NCBI GenBank assembly: GCA_047967505.1
Contig: CM106538.1
Source of the DNA: Dipteris shenzhenensis
Lineage: Eukaryota
Length of the DNA stretch: 64,000 bases
Strand: one strand, 5' to 3'
How positions within the stretch are numbered: the stretch's first letter is position 1; each line of letters starts with the position of its first letter. The translations under genes were made by a program, and so were the position numbers. This document shows, piece after piece, positions 26,082 through 37,500 of the stretch. Under the pieces are notes generated by a model. The model saw nothing but the letters and a program-made list of their open reading frames with translations. It did not search any database and was not told the DNA's origin.

Positions 26082-26400
26082 CAAGGTCGAGTGTGTGGCT
26101 CGTAGTTCTTGGCCTTGATCACCTCATGCACTTGTTTAGGCTTTTTTATTTTGTTGTTTCGCAATCAAGTTCTATTGTTTTACTTACAATTGTTAGCCTT
26201 GATCGCCTCGCCTTACAATTAAGGTCGGGCATGTGGCTCACAGTTCTTAGCCTTGATCACCTCACCCACTTATTTAAGCTTTTTATTTTGTTATTTCATA
26301 ATCAAGGTCTATTGTTTAACTTACAATTATCGGCCTTGATCGCCTCGCTTTACAATTAAGGTCCGGTGTGGCTCGCAATTATTGGCCTAGATCAATGCAC
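26082..26400. repeat. Degenerate tandem repeat of about 140 bp (AAGGTCG..TGTGGCTC..GCCTTGATC)
   Basis: Units start at about 26082, 26221 and 26358; GCCTTGATC recurs, with a further copy at ~26640-26685. Confidence 0.7.
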
Positions 26401-26450
26401 CTTGAGCAATACGTTTATAGTTATTTTTTCCATGTTGGAAGTTTCTAACC

Positions 26451-26454
<4 letters not shown>

Positions 26455-26490
<36 letters not shown>
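26455..26490. repeat. (GA)n microsatellite
   Basis: Perfect GA run. Confidence 0.95.
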
Positions 26491-26493
<3 letters not shown>

Positions 26494-26979
26494 TGACGTT
26501 CTTTTATTAAAAGATAGAAAATTTTAAATGGGAGAGAGGGAGAGAAAAAGAGAGTGAGGGAGAGAAAAAGAGATTGAGGGAGTAAATATATAAGTAATAC
26601 TTATGTACATAGGATATTGAGTATAGCCGGTAGTTTTTGGGTGTGTGGCTTGCAGTTGTTCGCAACTGTCGGCCTTGATCACCTTGCTTCCAACCTTCCT
26701 AGCCTAATGTGTGATTGGAAAAGTTGATCTAGATCATCATGGCTTTGTATTGCTGTTACATGTTACAAGATTTCAATTGACATTTTGTATCTAGTTTTTT
26801 GAGTGTGTTGTTATATGTTTATCTAAATATATATATACAATACGTTGTCAGTGTGTTATGTGATGTGATTTGTAAACCATCATTGTGATTATCTGAGAGA
26901 GTATCCTTTCATATCTTAGATGTGGTTGCATCTAGTTTTTCAATCATAGTAATGAATTGTAGTTCTTATGTTTTGTAGA

Positions 26980-27427
26980 TCACTCTATGTACTCGAGTAA
27001 TTCATCATGCCATCTAATATCTCCCTTGAAATGAAGAAGGAGATACAAATTCTCATCTATGAAGTCACAATTTGCTCTATTTATAAATTGATAAATGAGT
27101 AGATTCGTGATTGTGTGTCTTTGGCTACAAACTTCCACTTGAAATTCCATGGGTGTAGTGAGAGAGTATCCCAACTTCCACTCCACCCTTTCCTTCCTCA
27201 TGTTGAGTGAAGAACCAATTCCTTCTCTTATCAACACATTTGAGTCGACTTTCAAGAGAAGTACTACAAACTTTGACCTCTTGTAATGTAAGAAAAGTGG
27301 GAGAAAGGTTGTTGGCTCTAAGCCAATAAGCTATCTCTTCCCCTCTACCAGAGTCAGTAAGGCCTCTGACATTGAGGGAGAGAATGGATATTGGTTTATT
27401 TACCATTCTTTCTATTCCCCTTTCCAT
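26980..27427 (-). pseudogene. LINE (non-LTR) ORF2 APE-endonuclease N-terminal fragment
   Basis: ISILSLNVRGL, LTLQEVK and GKGGVEVGI match the L1/Tx1-type endonuclease motifs (SxNVRGL, LQE, GGVA). Confidence 0.8.
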
Positions 27428-27429
27428 AT

Positions 27430-27900
27430 GAGATTCACAAAAATCTCAGCAGAAATGAATTGTAATGAACATAGGTCTCTCTCTCCCTCATAAGAAACTA
27501 TCATAAGCACTCAAGCAATGAACGAAAATATGGATGGAAACTTCTCTCACAGAAGAGAAAACTCAATCTCAATCTCTCAATCACTCAATCTTTGTCACAC
27601 TCTCAAGAATCACAATGCCTCGGCGAAAGGCAAGGGAGCTCTGATACCATGACAAAATATGAAGAGGGGAGAGGAGATGAGTGGAGATGAGGAGAGAGGG
27701 CATAGCTTGAGAGCACACCCCAACTGACTAACTGTACACTAGATTTAGTTAAAAAAATAGAATATATACAAACCCATTCAGGGTTAGGGTTAGGGGATCT
27801 AACCCTTTCTTGCACTCTATAAGTTAGTGCTATGCACATATGATAACGTGATGGTGCTATGCACACATGATCACATGATGTTGAGTGTGAACTCTCAACA
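27430..27900 (-). mobile_element. Truncated copia family C: 5' LTR (27650-27900), PBS and short leader
   Basis: Homologous to 23724-23980; GCTCTGATACCA at 27638-27649; leader similar to ~23480-23720; no second LTR found. Confidence 0.9.
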
Positions 27901-27968
27901 AAGGTGACGACTTGTCACATCGCTCTTCTAAGCCTTACCAAGAGTTGATCCTCTGATTTGACTTACGG

Positions 27969-28034
27969 ATAGCTATATAGCGACTTTTACAAAAGTCGCT
28001 ATATAGGGACTTTTAAAAGTCGCTATATAGCGAC
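27969..28034. repeat. Overlapping palindromic repeats AAAAGTCGCTATATAGCGACTTTT
   Basis: Three GCTATATAG cores joined by GACTTTT/AAAAGTC arms. Confidence 0.8.
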
Positions 28035-28527
28035 ACTGAGACTCTACTTCACCTGGACATATCTCTGGAGAAATCTAAGGTAGAATCCCAAGGTATATTA
28101 CAACATCTAGATGCTTCTCCTCTACCTCTGTGTCTATCTTTTCCTTGTGCATTAGATCATCTTGTACGACTCGCTCAGGACTACCTTCTGCTCCAGCATC
28201 TCATCATCATCATATCATCATCTCTTCTTAATTTTTCAATTTCTATACTTTCAATTATTAGGGAACCATACTCAAGGAGATCTGCTCCACCAGTCTAGCT
28301 TTGAAGTTATTACATACTCCAAATTGTAGCTATCCTCCTTTAGCTGTAACAAAGAGTAATGAAAACTCAAATTTTTTGATCCTATATGAAACTTTTGTAC
28401 GTGAATTTTTTAACAATGAAAATATTATGGTTCTTACAATAGCTCTTGTACAATGACTCTGTTAATGCACTCTTTGGTTGTAATCTCAGCATTATACATG
28501 CTTTTTAAATATATAATCATCTTCATG

Positions 28528-28532
<5 letters not shown>

Positions 28533-28566
<34 letters not shown>
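28533..28566. repeat. (TC)n microsatellite
   Basis: Perfect TC run. Confidence 0.95.
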
Positions 28567-28569
<3 letters not shown>

Positions 28570-29139
28570 AGATAGACCATTTCTATAGCATTTTCCTTTA
28601 TGATACATGCATACATGTCAAGAGAAGTTATCTTGTATTACAATCTAGAATCATCCCTCAAGGGAGTACAATTTGCCATGTAGTTTAATGTTGAACTCAT
28701 GTTTGAGGTTGGGAAAAGAAGAGAAAGCATAATTCTATGTAAAGACATACCAAATGGGATTAATCATAGGGAGAAATCCAAACCTATACTATAGATCGAT
28801 TGTATTAATACAAAAATGTGAGAGTCATAATCAAAGACATCCCAAATGGGATTGCTGAGATAGATCTAAACTCATATTACAATTTTGGTTTCAATACAAA
28901 AATGAGTGAGTCATAGTCAAAATTAAAAGTACATCTATGATGATAGTATCTACTCCTATGCATATGTAGTCATAGGCTACTGTGAAGGTTGTTCATCAGG
29001 TAGCTTAGGTAGAGGCTATTGTGAAGGCTATTGGACCTCCTTGGGAAGGTTCTCCTCCATTGTAGGATGGTCCTCATGTCCCTGTTCCTTCACTTTGGTA
29101 GAAGCAGCAAGCTCCACTTTAGCACAGCAATAGGCTCCT

Positions 29140-31028
29140 TCACTTCAACAATAGGCTCCTTAACTTCAATAGCAGTGGGCTCCTTTGTTCCAGAGCCACT
29201 ACCTCTCTCCCTGTCTCTTTATGTCTCGAGGATTCTTTATGAGCATAGCCAAGTAGCATATCTATGACCATGGATCTATATGCAACCACATACATGGATG
29301 TAAAGCTATCCTCTATACGCTGCAAGTAAGAACAAGGGTAAGAAAGATTAAATTATATTTTGTTTCACAATCATCATTTGTACAAGAGAGATTTTGAATA
29401 TACATATTTATATACTTACCCTCTCTGGTTGCAGATCTTGAAAGTATGTATCTAATAAATACTTGGCATGGATCATTGTCCTCCACCCACATGAATGGGG
29501 ATCCTCTTGTTGTGGAGCCTACACAAACTGAACAGCTTTAAGATATATCTATGGTTTGTAATGCCGGAGGCAAAAACCATTGTTGAACACACATAAATTT
29601 CCTTACCCTTAAGCTAATGATTTCAATAGAATCTATTAGGTTTACATGTGGAGGAAAATGATCCAAGACATCTAATAACCTCTTTAGGTAGATAAAATCC
29701 TATTGTTAATAATGCTAAAGAAGCCACTCAGAGCTTTATTTATAGGGCTATAGTAAAGAAAACATACAGGTCAATCTCCTTATGTGTTCCATAGAGGGAG
29801 TTCATGCAAAAACATTGTTTTTGTTGGAGATCAATACAGACTAGGCTCCAATGGTTACTGAAAAAAAAGGCAAATGCATCAATCAACATTACAATAACAA
29901 AATGCTAGAAGATATGAAATAAAATGTCTTATTCACTTACTCAGCATGATAAGGTAACAAGATGATAATGATCTTGGTGAAGTCACAATGCTTAAACCAC
30001 TTAACAAGATCCACCATGGAAACCGTTGGATTTCTAAGCAAGGGAGAGATGCAGGGATCTAGTATATGAACTTTGATTTGATGCTGCTCTTTTAACTGTG
30101 CTCTATACATGCCGGTAGAAAAATTGTTATCAGTGCATTGCATATAAGAAACTTAGTCCATGTCATTACTTAATCAAGTAACTCAACCAATATTGATAAT
30201 TTAAAGCATGAAGATCAGTTACAATAGAACTGCTATAATAATTGATTCTGTCACCCACTCTTCTCGTGACTTCAAAGCTCTCAAATAGTCCTGCGTCATT
30301 TCAATACTCCTTACAATTAGGGAATCTGATAGCTTGATGGCAATATTTGAGCCTAGTGTAGTTAGCCTTTGATTATTTTAAAGTTCTCTTAGGCCACTCT
30401 CTTGAATATACTGCCTATTGGAAGCCTCCCTTTGCTCTCTCATGGCATGCTCATATGCAGCCTTGCCCCTTGTGTCCCTACTACATGTTACCTCCTATAC
30501 ATCTATCCCTACATCCTTTGGCTTCCTTGATGGTGGAACTAATAAAATATCTCTCATCTTGAAGTCCACCCAATCTCATGGACTAATGAGTTTGTCATAT
30601 CTATACCGAACTCTCTTGAGTGTCTCAAAATCCTTTACCATTAAGGTGACTCTATGAGCGTGAGCTGCTACAAGCATGCTATCCTGGAAGAATTCTATCA
30701 TAAAGTCTTCAGCTCCCTCTGGGAGGGTAAACATTAAAGACCTATGCCACCTATATCCTAGCTAATTATCATTGCAGATCTCCCTTATAAGACTTTAAAA
30801 GGGAGCCTTTGGAATAGCATATCCCATGGCCTTTTGTGCCTTCCTTATCTCCCTCAGTACACTCACCTTTTGTGAAAACTTTCTCTTTTTTGTTTGTTGG
30901 AGAATGTGCATTGACTTCCCTTTCCTCTTATGAGACCCCCTCAAACTGGCACTCTTTTGTGTGGCAGCTTTGGCAATGGGTGGCCCCTCACTGGCTACCA
31001 CCCTGGCTGTTGACTTTGTCCTTGCCAT
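29140..31028 (-). pseudogene. Histone H3-like domain fused in frame to a Ulp1/SENP (peptidase C48) protease; about five exons
   Basis: MARTKSTAR..VLREIRKAQK..IPKAPF*SLIREIC..EGAEDFMIEFFQDSMLVAAHAHRVTLMVKDFETLKRVR (31028-30606). The same frame continues to DYLRALKSREEWVTESII (~30290-30235). Later exons give LLPYHAD-NHWSLVCIDL (HW at 29848-29853), MNSL and APQQEDPHSCG (Cys at 29489-29491). GT donors lie after 30223, 29941 and 29420; AG acceptors before 29857, 29518 and 29319. Confidence 0.85.
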
Positions 31029-31149
31029 TAGCTATGAAGAAAGTCTGTCAACGTGTATAACCAAGATATTAATTACAAAACTGCTCCAAATTGACCATGA
31101 GGAGGGATAAGAACACACAAAAACATGACCCTTTACCAAAGGAAAAAAT

Positions 31150-32820
31150 ATTCTTAAGAAAGTGATTTTGATAGTTGGACATATAACCAATAGATCAAAT
31201 CGCTTTCTTAAGCAGATTTTCAACAAACAATGAAAATATGATTAAGAAAGTGATTTTGAGAGTTGGGAGATGTCCAACAGACCAAATTTCTTTCTTAAGC
31301 ACACTTTTTGAATGGAGATCCAACAAATCAAATATATTACACAGATTCACAATGAGTGCATTTTTTTCTCTTTTCTAAGTTCCAAATTACAAATAGTAAC
31401 TAATGGAGAAGGAGCAATACACAAAAATCAAGAAACAATAGTACCTCTAAAAATATGCTTAAGAAAGTGATTTGGAGGGTTAGGGATAGGTCAAATAGTC
31501 CAAATCTCTTTCTTGAGCACATTTGCTAAATAATGGTCCATACAAATGAATATGCCTCCCAGATTTCTAACTCTCTGCCCAAATACATCAAGGATTGCCC
31601 TATCATTCATACAAACTACATTTGAAAAGGAAGAGCATCAAATAGATTTCTAATTCTCTACCCAAATAGATCAACAATTCCATTCTATGCTCCTTTATCA
31701 GTTACTAACTACATTCAGTAGCTTGGACAGTTACTAACTACATTCAGTAGCTTGGAGAGGAAGAAAAACACCTAAAATCAGAAACAAAAGCTTTTGTAAA
31801 AAAATGCCTAAGAAAGTGATTTGGAGTGTTGGGGACACGCCCAACAGCCCAAATCGCTTTCTTAAGCACATTTTCTAATTGTTGGTCTACACACTTAAAT
31901 AAGCCTCCATAAGTTCTAGCTATCTACCCATATATAATAGGAGTCGCATTTGGTGCTCTTTCCTAAGTTACTGACTACCTTCAAGTACTGACACAGAAAT
32001 GTGCCTAACAAAGTGATTTGGAGTGTTGGGAATAGGCCCAATAGCCCAAATCACTTTCTCAAGAGCACATTTTGATTAAAATAGTGCACACATACAAAAA
32101 CCATCAGATTTACTAAAAGACTAGATTCCACATACCAAGTGGTAGAGTCTGCTTGCGATTTTGAGTGAGTATGCTTATACTTGTGGTAGAGTCTGCTTGC
32201 ACTTGTGGTAGAGCTTCTATGTACTTGCAATGTTGACTTCCAGGAAGATAAGCGGATGAAGGATTGAGAAAACCAAACAAATGAGGTTGGAGCATAGCTA
32301 TATGAAGAAGCCTCCAAAAATGGTAACGTGCTCCCTTGTGAAGTGTGCCCACATGTGTGCCATAAATAGCTTGGTACCTTCCATAAATAACAACCGGTCA
32401 CATCACCTAGATGCTTGTGCCCAAATGTGTGGTTCGTATGGACCTCGATACTCGTGCTCAAGGGTACACAAAGCTGTCATGGCTCACGAGTCATTTATGC
32501 CCTCCTTCTTCTCAGATCCCTTTGCCTCTTATTTCTTTCGACTACTCTCACAGCCCCCATACATTTATCCTCCTCAGTCAAGTGTGCAATGGAGCAACCT
32601 ATGCAAGGTATGCAATCAGGAAACCTATCCAATAGGCCAAAATTATTTTCATAGCTTGAGTTTTGGAAAATGTGCCTAAGAAAGAAATTTTGCCCTATGG
32701 AAGGTTGGCCAGCTAGCCAAATCGCTTTCTTAAATACATTTCTTGAAAATGTGCTCTAGAAAATGATTTGGTGTTTTAGAGGACTTGCCAATATGCCAAA
32801 TCAATTTCTTAAGCACATTT
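31150..32820. repeat. Seven dispersed 60-75 bp imperfect palindromes (TAAGAAAGTGATTTGG..loop..CCAAATCGCTTTCTTA)
   Basis: Copies at about 31153-31212, 31242-31300, 31455-31523, 31803-31873, 31997-32072, 32668-32741 and 32747-32820. Confidence 0.9.
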
Positions 32821-34349
32821 TGAAGAACAACTCTTCTTTTGTCACTTTTGGAGTTCCTACATTACAAAAATTATGTTTGCTCTTTCAGATCCAAGGGAAA
32901 AAGCCAAAGGATCCCAAGCAAGGAAGGTAGACAATGGTGGAAAGGACCCCAAGGGAAAAAGCCAAAGGGAAGAGGGGAGTGAAGGGGGATGGAGTGGCAA
33001 ACAAAAGGGCACTACAATGGAAACAAGGGAACACCCAAAAAACTCTTAGAAGAGAAGAGGGAGCTTGTATTCAAACTTGTGCAAACAACAATGAAGACCA
33101 AATTCAACACTTTGGCCTTTTATACATGTCACCTTTTGAAGGGAGGGCCAAGCCTATTGGAAAATGGAGGAGTACAGTTTTTGATTGGACATTTTGGGTA
33201 AATGCCTGCATCACACAATAAATCAACATGTTGTAAGCCTTCCATCCTCATATTCTCTCTTTGCATTGCACCTACTTGTGGACCCTTCCATCGTTTTTGC
33301 ATAGGCACATTTTCTTCTTCTAAATCAATATGGATATGGTAAAGTCTCTTCTTACTAGATTTTTCTTCAATGGCATGGTCACATGTTGCCTTTTTTTTTA
33401 GAAACCTTGTCCCATTGTTTCACACCCTCGCCAGCTTTTTTAAAACAAAGTGTTAGCAATGGACTTACCGTGATAAATCCATGTTAATATTTTGTGGCGA
33501 TGTTTAAGTGGGGATGTTTCAAATTTCAAAAAAAAAAGATACTTAAAGGTTATTTATGGGTTCCTAACCACAAAATCTTACAGGCGGCATAAGTCTACCA
33601 TGAAAATTCCATGTTTACTGTAATAAGTCCATGTTTACCTTTCATGTGGGCGTTTAAAATTTTGAAAAACACAAAATCTTAAATGTTAATTATGGGATCC
33701 TGACACAGAAATCTATTGACTGTATGAGTTAGGACCCACTTTAGAGAGAGAATATGATAGAAGAATTTTATGCCAATTCATTTTTGTGGATTTTGGAGGA
33801 AAAAAAATGAAGAGATTGCAGATTTCTTACAGGGCCCCAAAATGAGTTTCCTTTTTTCCTGATGCAGTACAAGCCCATCTTGAATGACCCTAATGTATGC
33901 ATTTGTCCTGAGAGTTTTGATCTCGAGGACAATCAGCAAGATTCCTTTTATCTCACAAAAACATTGATTCACTAGCTGCCAATGTGGAACATTGCATATG
34001 ATTACAAAAACTTTTGTAAAATGAACAAGTAAGTAATCCAAAGAATGAGGTATCTATGCCCACAGAGCAATATTACCACCATTTTGTGAGTACACAACAT
34101 GAGGGGCACTTTCATCATTAGTTTTGTACATATATTATGGTTCACAGGATGTAAAACACTATATTATAAAGGAGCTAGAGCTTTTGTAAGACCAATGTAA
34201 CTACCAAATATTTTTTTGTAATTAAACATATATTCAATTGTTATCTTCTGATGTTTGTCTATGCTGTAAAGTAGATTGCACATCCACAAGTTCTATCTTA
34301 ATGTTATGCAGTTGTATGAGTTCTCTTTCACATGGATAAAATTTACTAT

Positions 34350-34545
34350 GTGTTATATAGCACTAAATCGGTTACTGTTTTTCAATAGATCATGTATATA
34401 GCACCAAAATAGTTCAGTGTACCTTCTAGATAACACTAAATTGGTTATTGTCACTACCATATAGCACAAAATTGGTTACTATTTGTCAATACATCACCTA
34501 TATAGCAACAAATTAGTTAGTATATGTGCTATATAGCATTGAATG
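34350..34545. repeat. Degenerate short tandem repeat (TATATAGCAC..AAAT..GGTTA)
   Basis: ATATAGCA recurs about five times at 30-60 bp spacing. Confidence 0.6.
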
Positions 34546-37500
34546 GTTGCACCCTATTTGACTATTTGATATAATGATTTTGTTGTACCATGATTAAAAA
34601 ACTTTCTTCCTTTGTGCCCAAACATGTTGAACCATAATCAAATATAAGAAGCCCATAAATTTTGGTTGCAATAGTGGGAATGGTTGCTTTTTTTTCTTTG
34701 AGGATACCCATGTGTTGAGTTCTAGACTCTGTTATTTTACTGGTTGTTCATGAGGGACTTTGGGAGTAATTCTCATGTTCATGTTGATTGAACTTATGAT
34801 CATGTAGACTAAGATAAGTTCACAGCTATTGTGTGGATGGGTGTCTTAAAAAAAGAAGAGCAATGAAATTGGTGGATGAAAATATTGTTGGGTTTTTTTA
34901 CATTGAGTCTTTTTTTTTTTGGGTTGTTTTTGCATTGAATAGAAGAGATGGAACATAACCGTAGAACAAAATAGGTCTAAAATGAAACACAACAGATCAT
35001 CGTTTGATAGTATTTTGCACAACCCTGTGAACCATGCATACAAAAAAGGTTTGGATTGAATTTTTACTGAAAAGCTTGATGAAATGGTTGTTTATTGAAA
35101 ATATTGTTTACTGAAAAGATTAATGAAATGTTTTGAGTTTACAGGTCACATTTGCCTCACATTCAGGCTTGGTAGGGTAATGCATTATAGATCGTGCACC
35201 TGCGAGGATAGGTAGTATATGTTACATTTGGGATCCACCAATTCCATGTAGAATTTCATGGCTCTAATAAGATGAGAAAAGATAATGGCGAGTGGCTTGT
35301 TTTCGAGCAAATAATATTAATGGTCACTGCGTTGTTCATAATACCATCTAGTAACGTAGTGTGATCTCCTACCACACTTAGTGCCTAAACCTTGGAACCT
35401 CCTTCTAACCCTGGACTCCTTCTAAACCTTGGAACCCCCTTCTAAACCCTGGAACTCTTTCTAACCCTGAACTCTTTCTAAACCCTGGATCCTCCTTCTG
35501 AACCCTTGAACTCTTTCTAAACTCTGGAACCTCCTTCTGAACCCTTAAACTCCTCCTAAACCCTACAACCCCCAATGAAGGCGAAAGCCTTCATTACCCC
35601 AACAACTATGGTTTACGTGCCTTTTACACATGCTTGCATTTTGTTTACTCACCACACTTAAGCCTACGTCTCTCACCGGAACACGACTCGAGGTCCTAAG
35701 CTACACATATACTACAACGACAAACCCAATATATCTGTAGGTGACAAAAAGCCTCGGAACCCTGCAACATAGAATACCTAGCTCTTCCTACGAAAGAAGT
35801 AGGAAAGAGCCAACAGTAGTAGAACTAGTGGCAAAGGCGCTCCCCAAGGTGATGGTCCCCGTGGCTCCAAGGATTCCCATAGCCTACCAAGGACACGAAG
35901 AAGCCAGGCCTCTTAAGTCAAGCTACCTAGCAAAAGAAAGGACCTAGGGTGGCACACCGCCCCATGAAAGAACTCATATGGGTCCCTAAGAGGAAGCCTT
36001 GATCACAAAATCCACTTTCTCCTACACCTCCTACAAAATCGATTACCTTATCAAAGCCTTAAACACTAAGGAGCCAGCCTCAATGACAAAAGCAAAAGAC
36101 CTGCTCACAATGGGTTTTAAAATGGTAGCCTAAGGCCACTACCAAGGCTAGCAACAAAACAGATTTGGATTTTGAAACCTTAAAAGTCAAAAGGCCCTCA
36201 AGCCATAGGACAAGCCAAATCATTGTGCCATAAGATAGCAACAAAGGATCTCCAATGGTAGAGACACAAGAACCTACCTTGAAAAAAGAACCGATATGGC
36301 AAGAACCTACTAGGGCCCCCACTTTGAGAAAGGACTCCAAGAGCCAAGGAAGTGAAATGGCACCATGTATATTATGGCCGCAAGAAAGCTCCAAGCAAGC
36401 TAATAAGGGAGAAACACAAGAACCAACCCCTAAAAAAGGGGAAGTCACACAAGAACCTCCCCCTTGTAAAGAGGTAGGGCTACAAGAACCTATGAACTTT
36501 GAATCAAGGATTCAAGGTTCAGAGTAGAATACAAGGTGGAGAACTCGTCTCCCTCGTAGATCATGGAGTTTAAGGGTTTAGGAAAGCATAGGAGTGGGAG
36601 AGGAAGTAGGTGTAAGAGCATGGGTGAAGGAAGAGGAGGGAAGAGGAGGAGGGAGGGGGAGGAGAGAGGAGGAGGAGGAGGAGGGAGGAGGAGGAGAAGG
36701 AGGAGGAGGAGGAGGAGGAGGAGAGGAGAGGGTGGGTTGCAGGGATGGAGGAGAGGGGAGAAGGGTTGCAAGGTTAGGACATGCTTTTGGACGTGCAGTG
36801 CAAGAAAGCATGGACACTTGAGACAAATGCTTGGAATACCAATGTAGACTCAACACAATGCCCCAAGAGTGTGGGCTTCATTCCATTATGGGGTATTTAT
36901 ACAAGTTGGAGAGCTTCTCTCTCTGCATGTAACACAAAGTCGTATCACAAAGTTGTAACACAAAGTTGTATCACAAAGTTGTAACACAAAGTTGTTACAC
37001 AAAGTTGTTACACATTCTTTCTCTTCATGTAGAAGTTGTAACACAAAGTTGTTACACAAAGTTGTAACACAAAGTTGTAACACAAAGTTGTGTCACAAAG
37101 TTGTGTCACAAAGTCGTAACACATTCTCTCTCTTCATGTAGACAAACTCGTAACACAAAGTTGTTACACAAAGTCGTAACATAAAGTTGTGTCTAGAAGT
37201 TGTAACACAAAGTTGTAACACAAAGTTGTATCACAAAGTTGTATCACCTTCTCTTTCTTCATAAGTTCATGTTGGCACAGAGTCAACATACTCCCGGATC
37301 CATTTTATTACCCGTCCTCGGGTTATGGCTTATTTTGATTTCAGAGTTGGGATGCCATGTGCATAATTCAGTGGCTATTTAGCTTGTGGTATGTGAGTCG
37401 TTCCTGCTGTAATTCTTTTGCATCACACAATTTGTAGTCAATAAGAAACTTATCTCCTCTTAAGGAGGGGTAGATGACTATGAATGTCAGAGGGGATCTC

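Noticed and set aside
30606-31028. Functional canonical H3 or CENH3 gene
   Set aside because: Two stops inside the fold, strong divergence and a long in-frame C-terminal extension; CENH3 affinity cannot be excluded without a tree.
31150-32820. CRISPR-like array
   Set aside because: Repeats are too long, spacers range from about 5 to 600 bp, there are no cas genes, and the context is eukaryotic.
35821-36506. QEPT-repeat ORF as an independent gene
   Set aside because: Part of the inverted flank, originally contiguous with the old gypsy remnant right of 48945; low complexity and fragmented.
36490-36856. Poly-Glu/Arg/Pro ORFs (also 47907-48222 and 58395-58799)
   Set aside because: GGA-repeat segment of the gypsy LTR with frame differences between copies.
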